Assembly: GCA_009841265.1 (NCBI GenBank)
Contig: VXMB01000014.1
Span: 353,490 to 417,489 of the forward strand
Length of the DNA: 64,000 nucleotides
Direction of reading: 5' to 3'
Source of the DNA: Gemmatimonadota bacterium
GTDB taxonomy: Bacteria > JAAXHH01
The notes beneath the pieces are model-generated. The model ran no database searches. It saw nothing but the letters and a program-made list of their open reading frames with translations, and was not told the DNA's origin. Both the position numbers and the translations under genes were made by a program. How positions within the stretch are numbered: position 1 is the stretch's first letter; every line of letters begins with the position of its first letter. Shown piece by piece: positions 57,401 through 64,000 of this stretch.

Positions 57401-59329
57401 CTAGACGGACGCCGGCGCCGCGTGACCACCGTAGCCGAGGGTTTCCACGTCCCGGTGCAGGCGTTCCAGCACACGGGACCTGACCTCTTCGAAGAGCTCC
57501 CGGGTCAGGAAATGCACACCGGGCAGGTCGCCCTTGGCCTGACCAATGAAGACGTCGGCCGGCATGTCGTATTCGTCCGGGGTGATCCCCTGTTTCTGCT
57601 CGAGGGCGAAACCCAGGATATGGGCCCGGTAGGTGGCGTCCAGCACCCGATCGGCCGAGAAGGGCACCCCGAAGACGGACTCTATGCCTTCGCTGACCTG
57701 GTCCGGCGGGGCCATGGTGAACAGGCATCCCCCGTGCAGGTCCTTGTTCACCATCTTCCAGCCTTCCTCGGTGATGTTGTGGACCCAGTAATCGGCGGAA
57801 TCGGGCTTGCAGTCCGGGTCCATCACGTACAGCAGGAAGGTGCGCATGGACATGTGGCCGCCAGCCACGGCGAAGGGATAGCCCGGATTGGTCTGACCCA
57901 GGTAGGCGGAGAACTCGACCCCCTTGGCATGCATGGCGAAAGCCTTTCCGCCTATCTCTTCGGCGATCGCCTGGACGCCCTTGCCGAAGAGAGGTTCGCG
58001 TCCGTAGGCGATATCCTCCTTGAGCCGCCGGGCGCCTTCCGCGTCGCCGAAGGTGACGCCGCCCGCGACGGTGCCGTTGCCCCGGGCATTGTAATCCATC
58101 AGGAAGGAGATCACGACGTTGGCCGAAATGGTATCGAACCCCAGGTCGTCGTCCAGCCGGGCAAGCTCCAGGTTGTCATGGGGATCCAGAATGCCCAGGT
58201 TGGCGCCGGACAGTTCCATGGGTTCGAACTCGAATCGGCCCAGGTACTCTCCGTGGTTCCTTCGGGCCTTACGCCAGTCGGGATCCTTGCCGCCTTCCGG
58301 GACGTCGTAGAAGTCCTGGTGGCAGGTAATCTGGCAGCCGTAGCAACTCTTGTCGATGACGATGAAATCGTCCGATTCCCGCATGGTCTCCAGGTGTACG
58401 GGGACGGCTACGTTCTCGCCGGGCGGCTCGAAGTTTCTGTAGGGCAGCACCCCGAATCCGTCGAGTATCTTGCTGTTCTTGCCCGTGCCGCCCAGTCCGT
58501 TCCGGTTGTGCGGATGGCGGTATCCCCGGCTCTGCTCGCCCCGTCCGATCTCGTTGTTGATGACCTTGAGCCGGTCGTCACCCTTGCGGTAATAGTCGTT
58601 CTCCGCCCTGGCCACGATGCCGAGGATGTTCTTGGAACCGAGCACGGATCCCATGCCGAGCCGGCCCGCGAAACGCCACTTGTCTTCCCCGCTCATCAAC
58701 TGTTCCTGGGTCGACCCCACCACGGCCGCGTACCAGACCGTTTCCCAGTGCTCGCCTGCGGGCCCGAGGACGGCGAAATGGGCGTGGTAGTTCTTGTCGC
58801 CATCGTTGTAGCGCTCGTCCAGGTAGACCATCTTGTCCCTGACCCGTGCGCCGACCAGGTGTGCAGGGGCTTCGACCAGGGAAAGATCGGGGCCGTCGTC
58901 GGTCTGCCTGATCACCAGGAAGCTCGGTACGACCGCGCGGCCGGTGAGGATCAGGTCGCCGATGCCGGTATAGGAGAACTTGCGGCCGAAACTCCCGCTC
59001 ATGGCCGACCATACGGGCATGGGCATGCCGGCCCGGGTGCGCTTAAGGGGAGAATAGCCGGAGAAATACGCCCGCAGACCGGTCATGAACTGCGTGCCGG
59101 TGAAGCAGCCCGTATTGATGACCAGTGGGACGTCCGGCGCAAAGGGATCGCTCACGTCGTAACCCGATAGGATCTTGAAGGACCGGCCGATGCCGCCCAG
59201 GAAGTCCATATCGTCCTGGACGCGGTGGTCCTCGACGCTGACTTCGCGGCCTTCGGCCAGATCGTATTCGATACGGGTATAGCAATAATCGGTCACGTCT
59301 CCCGGCGCGCCGTTCGCAGGTTTCAGCAC
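57401..59329 (-). CDS. aldehyde:ferredoxin oxidoreductase (tungstopterin AOR family)
   Basis: 642 aa. N-terminal AFOR_N and C-terminal 4Fe-4S/pterin-binding regions (CYGCQITC). The antisense 640-aa ORF is an artefact. Confidence 0.85.
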   Translation of the reverse strand: MLKPANGAPGDVTDYCYTRIEYDLAEGREVSVEDHRVQDDMDFLGGIGRSFKILSGYDVSDPFAPDVPLVINTGCFTGTQFMTGLRAYFSGYSPLKRTRAGMPMPVWSAMSGSFGRKFSYTGIGDLILTGRAVVPSFLVIRQTDDGPDLSLVEAPAHLVGARVRDKMVYLDERYNDGDKNYHAHFAVLGPAGEHWETVWYAAVVGSTQEQLMSGEDKWRFAGRLGMGSVLGSKNILGIVARAENDYYRKGDDRLKVINNEIGRGEQSRGYRHPHNRNGLGGTGKNSKILDGFGVLPYRNFEPPGENVAVPVHLETMRESDDFIVIDKSCYGCQITCHQDFYDVPEGGKDPDWRKARRNHGEYLGRFEFEPMELSGANLGILDPHDNLELARLDDDLGFDTISANVVISFLMDYNARGNGTVAGGVTFGDAEGARRLKEDIAYGREPLFGKGVQAIAEEIGGKAFAMHAKGVEFSAYLGQTNPGYPFAVAGGHMSMRTFLLYVMDPDCKPDSADYWVHNITEEGWKMVNKDLHGGCLFTMAPPDQVSEGIESVFGVPFSADRVLDATYRAHILGFALEQKQGITPDEYDMPADVFIGQAKGDLPGVHFLTRELFEEVRSRVLERLHRDVETLGYGGHAAPASV

Positions 59330-59633
59330 AATATCCCCCTCGCTGTTGGACTCGAATCGTATGCCATCTGAATCGGTTTGGATTTCAAACGGGACCGCGA
59401 CGGATTACCCCGCGGCTTCGTTCGAACGGGACCGCGCCGCATTAGCGCGCGGGTACGATTAATATAAAGGAATGACCGCGCGAAAACAGCAATAATCCCG
59501 GTGCCGTAAAATAAACCATGCGGAGCAATGGACGGTTGACAAAACCCCCGCGTTTCATTAAGAATAACGCCAGGAACGACTCCGTTCCGCGCTCAAATTC
59601 ACCGCCCTGAACCGAATGTCGCCGAGGCCAGCC

Positions 59634-60563
59634 ATGACCATGACCGACCTTTCCCAGCAGACCGAACCCGCGATCGAAGTCCCCCGGATTGTGGACGATG
59701 AGCAGATCCAGTTCTACGTGGACAACGGCTATCTCGTCGTTCCCGACCTGATGACCGGCGAGGAACTGCAGGAACTGAAGGACGACCTGGTGGACGTGGC
59801 GCGGGGGAAGTATCCCTGCCGGGGACTCGATCCGCCGAAGCCCGACGACACCGACGAGGACGTGCTGCAACGCATCCTGTGCATACACCAGCCGCACTTC
59901 GTCAGCCAGGTGATCGAGAAGTACGTGCGCCATCCGAAGATCTGCGGCGTGCTGAGCCAGATTACCGCGGCCCACCTGCCCTACTGGGACGGTAGTGTCA
60001 AGTGCATGCAGTCCATGTACTTCATCAAACCGCCCCGGTTCCAGGGCCAGGCGTGGCACCAGGACGAGATCTTCATCCCCACGCGGGACCGGTCCCTGAT
60101 CGGCGCATGGATCGCCGTGGACGACGCCACCATCGAAAACGGGTGCCTGTACGTCATCCCCGGTTCCCATCGCAACGGCTACCTGTACCCCCAGCGGGCT
60201 CACGAGAACCCCGATGAGTTCGACTTCGCCCCCGAGAGTTACGGCTTCGACGAATCAGTGGAAGTGCCGGTCGAAGTCGGCGCCGGCGCCCTGGTCTTCT
60301 TCAACGGCTATCTCCTGCACCGGTCCTACAAGAACCGGAGCGACCAGCCCCGTCGCGTGCTGGTGAACCACTACTGCAACGCGTGGAGCCTGCTGCCGTG
60401 GGGTATCGAGGAGGGCGAGCGCCCTGCCACGGCCGACCGGCGCGTAATCGTTCCGGTTTCCGGCACCGACCCCTACGCCTGGAAGGGCTACGAACCCACG
60501 CAGGACGAGATCTGGATCCGCAACTGCAAGGCGGCGGATGAGATGAAGGAGGAGGCGCACTAG
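59634..60563 (+). CDS. PhyH-family Fe(II)/2OG dioxygenase
   Basis: WHQDE…H triad region. Start ambiguous (59616 or 59634). Confidence 0.7.
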   Translation: MTMTDLSQQTEPAIEVPRIVDDEQIQFYVDNGYLVVPDLMTGEELQELKDDLVDVARGKYPCRGLDPPKPDDTDEDVLQRILCIHQPHFVSQVIEKYVRHPKICGVLSQITAAHLPYWDGSVKCMQSMYFIKPPRFQGQAWHQDEIFIPTRDRSLIGAWIAVDDATIENGCLYVIPGSHRNGYLYPQRAHENPDEFDFAPESYGFDESVEVPVEVGAGALVFFNGYLLHRSYKNRSDQPRRVLVNHYCNAWSLLPWGIEEGERPATADRRVIVPVSGTDPYAWKGYEPTQDEIWIRNCKAADEMKEEAH

Positions 60564-60588
60564 GCGGTCTCTCTTGGACCCCGTACAG

Positions 60589-61344
60589 TCACTCCCTGAC
60601 CGCCTCGAACCCGATGATGGGGGGCGCGGCCATGAATTCGTCCCAGAACTTGTTGTTCCGCTCGGACGGATGCAACTGCGGGTCGACCCAGCGAAAACCC
60701 GTAAAGCCAGCTTCCTCGAAGACCCTGCAGTAGGTTCCTGGCGACAGATAGTAGTTGTTGAACTCGAACCGCGTGCCGTCGTCGTTCGTGAACCGGTAGA
60801 CTATGGGGTCGCCTTCGTTCGGCGCCTCGGCCCTCCTCGTGTATACCTTCTCAAATCCATACCGGGCGTATGAGACCGTGCCGCCGGGTGCATTCAGGAC
60901 ATTGTCGTTGAAACCCACGAACCGCCCGCCCGGTTTCAGCGCGCCGTGGGCCGCCCGGACGAAACGAAGGAGTTCGTCCGCGTCTCGGGCGTAGTTCAGC
61001 AGGTACAAGGCCACGACGAGATCGACCGGTTCGTCCAGGACCAAGGCCGCCGCGTCCCGGTTCAGATACCGGCAACCCGTGGGGCGCGCGCGTTCCTCGG
61101 CCTCCGCCAGCCGGATCATTTCGGCCGAGACGTCGACGCCGAGCACCTCACCGGCGCCGGCCTGTTTCAGCTTGCGCGTATAAAACCCCTCGCCGCAGGC
61201 CAGGTCGAGCGCCTTCACCCCGCTGATGTCCCCAAGCATTTCGAAAAGCGTGTATTCCTCGATGTATTTGCGAAAAGACAGTTGCTTGGAGTCTTTGTAG
61301 GCCCCGGCGATGGCGTCGTATTCGGATTCGGCTGGTTGCGTCAT
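60589..61344 (-). CDS. class I SAM-dependent methyltransferase
   Basis: LDLACGEGFYTRKL motif I and VLGVDVS. Confidence 0.75.
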   Translation of the reverse strand: MTQPAESEYDAIAGAYKDSKQLSFRKYIEEYTLFEMLGDISGVKALDLACGEGFYTRKLKQAGAGEVLGVDVSAEMIRLAEAEERARPTGCRYLNRDAAALVLDEPVDLVVALYLLNYARDADELLRFVRAAHGALKPGGRFVGFNDNVLNAPGGTVSYARYGFEKVYTRRAEAPNEGDPIVYRFTNDDGTRFEFNNYYLSPGTYCRVFEEAGFTGFRWVDPQLHPSERNNKFWDEFMAAPPIIGFEAVRE

Positions 61345-61560
61345 ATAGGTTTCCCTTTGCTTTGCCTCTCACATTATACCTGAACAGAACAGTGTTTCAA
61401 GTTCCATTGTCTCATTCAGAAGCGGTTTACACGGCCCGCAGGTCCATGCGCTTCGCCCGCAATTCCGTTGACGAAACGGCCTCCTCCGCATAGTTTTCCC
61501 ATTATTTGAAAAACCGGATCCCATTGTAAAAGTAACGTCCCGTTTCCCTGTGGAGCTCCC

Positions 61561-63057
61561 GTGAACGTCATCTGCGTCTGCCTGGACACCTTTCGCGCCG
61601 ACATCATCGGCCCGGGCAGGAAGTACAGCCACGCGTACACACCCAATCTCGACGCGTTTCACCGCAGCAGCATCCGGTTCAACCGCGCCTTCGGAGAGGG
61701 ACAGCCCACGCTTCAGGTACGCCGGGCGCTGTTCACCGGGATGCGAAGTTTCCCGTGGCGGTACAACTTCGATCGGCGCGGACACTGGCACCATGCGCCC
61801 GGCTGGCACAAGATCCCGCCGGAGCAGGACACGATCGCGGAGGTCCTGCTGGAACGGGGGTACCTTACTGCCCTCATCGCCGACACGTACCACATGTTCA
61901 AGCCCACCATGAACTTCTCCCGGGGGTTCGCCCATCTGGATTTCGTGCGGGGACAGGAATCGGACAACTGGAAGAGTGGCGATCCGAAACTGGTCGAAGC
62001 GCAACTCGCCCGGCACGTGAGGCAGCCCGTGGACATGTTGAGGCATGCGGGACTGGTGAACTACCTGCTGAACCAGCGCCACAGGAAGGACAAGGACGAC
62101 TACCAGTGCGCCCGGGTGTTCAATTCGGCCAGCGCGTGGCTCGCGGACAACCATACGGCGGGGCCCTTCTTCCTGTGGGTCGACAGCTTTGATCCCCATG
62201 AGCCCTGGGACCCGCCGACGGAATACGCCGACCGGTATTTCGAGCACGACGGTCTCGATTTCATCGTACCCGGTCCCGCATACGCCCGTGACGGATCAGG
62301 CAGACCAGGCGGATCAGGCGGACCAGGCGAGCCAGGCGGACCAGGCCAACCGGGCGGTCCGTCGGAAGCGGAACTCCGTCGCATCGAGGCGCTGTACCTG
62401 GGGGAGGTCACCCTGGTGGACGAGTACGTGGGCCGGTTGCTGAATGCGGTGGCGGACCTGAACCTCCTCGATGAAACCCTGATCGTGATCCTGTCGGACC
62501 ATGGGACCCAGTTGCTCGACCAGGGGAGCTTCGGCAAGGGACCAAACGAACTGCATCCCTTCAATACACAGCTCAACCTCATGATGCATGTACCTGGCGG
62601 TCCGACGGACGTGGACGTGGACGCCTTCGTGCAGAACCACGACCTCATGCCCACGCTGCTCGGCCGGCTCGGGGTACGGGCGGACTGGACGGACGGCGAG
62701 GACCTGTGGCCGCTGGTCACGGGTGAAAAGGCCGCCATCCGTGATCGGATCGTGACCGGGTGGGCGTCCTTCATCACGGGCAACGCCGTGGGCCGGGCCA
62801 GTGTGCGGGACGACCGCTGGAACTTCTGCACGTCGGTGGGCTACGAGGACGAGAACGGCGATGAACTCTTCGACCTGGAGGACGATCCGGAAGAACGGCG
62901 GAATGTCGCAGGACAGCATCCTGACGTTGTCTCGGAGCGCCGAAGCGACGTGGAGGCGGTCCTGGGCCAGCCCCTCCCCGGCCGGATGGTGGAAGTATGC
63001 GATCCCGCCCCGGCGCCCATGACGCACTGGCTGGAGCAACGGTTGCGGAGTAGCTGA
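61561..63057 (+). CDS. sulfatase-family (arylsulfatase-like) enzyme with a Gly-X-Y insertion
   Basis: GTG start. CVCLDTFRAD sulfatase signature (C-x-P/A-x-R-type formylglycine motif variant) and SDHG. Confidence 0.7.
   Translation: MNVICVCLDTFRADIIGPGRKYSHAYTPNLDAFHRSSIRFNRAFGEGQPTLQVRRALFTGMRSFPWRYNFDRRGHWHHAPGWHKIPPEQDTIAEVLLERGYLTALIADTYHMFKPTMNFSRGFAHLDFVRGQESDNWKSGDPKLVEAQLARHVRQPVDMLRHAGLVNYLLNQRHRKDKDDYQCARVFNSASAWLADNHTAGPFFLWVDSFDPHEPWDPPTEYADRYFEHDGLDFIVPGPAYARDGSGRPGGSGGPGEPGGPGQPGGPSEAELRRIEALYLGEVTLVDEYVGRLLNAVADLNLLDETLIVILSDHGTQLLDQGSFGKGPNELHPFNTQLNLMMHVPGGPTDVDVDAFVQNHDLMPTLLGRLGVRADWTDGEDLWPLVTGEKAAIRDRIVTGWASFITGNAVGRASVRDDRWNFCTSVGYEDENGDELFDLEDDPEERRNVAGQHPDVVSERRSDVEAVLGQPLPGRMVEVCDPAPAPMTHWLEQRLRSS
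62291..62359 (+). repeat. 9-nt tandem repeats encoding 8 Gly-X-Y triplets inside the sulfatase
   Basis: ggatcaggc aga ccaggc ggatcaggc ggaccaggc gagccaggc ggaccaggc caaccgggc ggtccg, encoding DGSGRPGGSGGPGEPGGPGQPGGP. Confidence 0.6.
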
Positions 63058-63150
63058 CCTTAAGGGGATGCAATTCGCGGGGATTCGCATGGACTTGTAC
63101 AATTGTACAACTATCCACCACGAGCACGTCGTGTCGCCGACGGAGTGGCC

Positions 63151-63933
63151 ATGCGACTAGCGAAAAAGGCCGCGATCGTGACGGGCGCGGGGGACGGAAT
63201 AGGACGGGGCATCGCGCTGGCGCTCGCCCGGGAAGGCGCCGCGGTGGCGGTGTGCGACATCAACGCCCAAACCGTCGCGGAGACCGGCCGCCTGGTCGCG
63301 GACACGGGCCGGCCCGTCCTGGCGGAAGCGCTGGACATCACCGACCATGACCGGGTTCGGTCCTTCGTGGACGACGCGGCGTCCCGGTTCGGCAGGATCG
63401 ACGTCCTGGTCAACAACGCCGCCATCATGCCCGTAAGCCCCATCGAGGACCAGGATGAGGAGACCATGTCCCGCATCCTCTCCGTCAACCTGCTGGCACC
63501 GGCCGTCTTCAGCAAGTACTGCATTCCGCATATGCGGGCGGCAGGCGGCGGATCGATCATCCACATGGCCAGCGTGACGGGCCATAACGGCCATCCGGGC
63601 GTGGCCGTCTACGGGGCGACGAAAGGTGGACTGATCGCCCTGGCCCGGGGCCAGGCCATGGAACTGGCCGAAGACGGTATCAGGGTCAACACGGTTTCAC
63701 CCGGCACGGTGGATTCGCCCATGCTGCACAACTTCGTGAAGGAGAACGCCGGGGATCCGGAGGCGGCACTCAGGGCTTTCGACCGCCTGCATCCCATCGG
63801 CCGGGTCGCCACCATCGGGGAGGTCGCCAACGTCTTCGTTTTCCTGGCGAGCGACGAATCCAGCGACATCACGGCGACGGACATCCGGTGCGACGGCGGC
63901 TACGCGGTCCAGGGACGACAGCCGACCGAATAG
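63151..63933 (+). CDS. SDR-family oxidoreductase
   Basis: Starts MRLAKKAAIVTGAGDGIGRG. YGATK motif. Confidence 0.8.
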   Translation: MRLAKKAAIVTGAGDGIGRGIALALAREGAAVAVCDINAQTVAETGRLVADTGRPVLAEALDITDHDRVRSFVDDAASRFGRIDVLVNNAAIMPVSPIEDQDEETMSRILSVNLLAPAVFSKYCIPHMRAAGGGSIIHMASVTGHNGHPGVAVYGATKGGLIALARGQAMELAEDGIRVNTVSPGTVDSPMLHNFVKENAGDPEAALRAFDRLHPIGRVATIGEVANVFVFLASDESSDITATDIRCDGGYAVQGRQPTE

Positions 63934-64000
63934 CGACAGGCAATCGAGGCAATGACGGCAATGAGCACCAGCGGCAAGGAGAACCTATGTCAGTAGGAGT

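Noticed and set aside
57248-59170. 640-aa plus-strand ORF
   Set aside because: It is antisense to the well-supported aldehyde:ferredoxin oxidoreductase and is a low-complexity Gly/Val/Arg-rich translation.
1-64000. Mobile elements / prophage / integrase
   Set aside because: No transposase, integrase, recombinase or phage structural gene signatures were found. Other than the short internal and tandem repeats listed above, there are no inverted terminal repeats or tRNA-adjacent boundaries.

Overview
This is 64 kb of densely coding, high-GC (about 65-68% by eye) bacterial chromosome. I found no rRNA, tRNA, CRISPR array, transposase or integrase. Recognisable genes include the 2-oxoacid:ferredoxin oxidoreductase pair korAB under a near-consensus sigma70 promoter, purU, a small ferredoxin, a tungsten-type aldehyde:ferredoxin oxidoreductase, a CCA-adding enzyme, a site-2 protease, cspA, dtd, maf, kptA, ahcY, a MATE exporter, and several SDR and Gfo/Idh/MocA oxidoreductases. 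The ferredoxin-linked enzymes suggest an anaerobe or facultative anaerobe. Several features are non-routine. (i) A roughly 11 kb plus-strand cluster at 17.3-28.3 kb contains two nucleotidyltransferase::CDP-alcohol phosphotransferase fusion proteins of the IPCT/DIPPS type, with a methyltransferase and a Wzx-like flippase translationally coupled between them. These are followed by a TolC-like outer-membrane protein, a DUF3047 protein, an MlaC-like lipid-binding protein, an alkaline-phosphatase-superfamily phosphodiesterase and a radical SAM enzyme. I read this as a candidate pathway for a phospho-alcohol (inositol-phosphate-like) lipid head group or envelope polymer plus export machinery that I could not match to a described system. 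(ii) A 1938-aa protein is a head-to-tail fusion of two complete UvrA modules. (iii) A collagen-like (about 24 Gly-X-Y triplets) lipoprotein with Ig-like repeats sits behind a strikingly AT-rich island. (iv) A BlaI/BlaR1 pair whose M56 sensor carries a proline-rich spacer and a C-terminal beta-barrel-like domain ending in Phe. (v) An apparent operon of ahcY, a PLP decarboxylase, a PhyH dioxygenase and a TolB-propeller/PHP-hydrolase fusion. (vi) In-frame tandem repeats inside a hydrolase and a sulfatase. Many long ORFs in the six-frame track are GC-driven antisense artefacts and were discarded.
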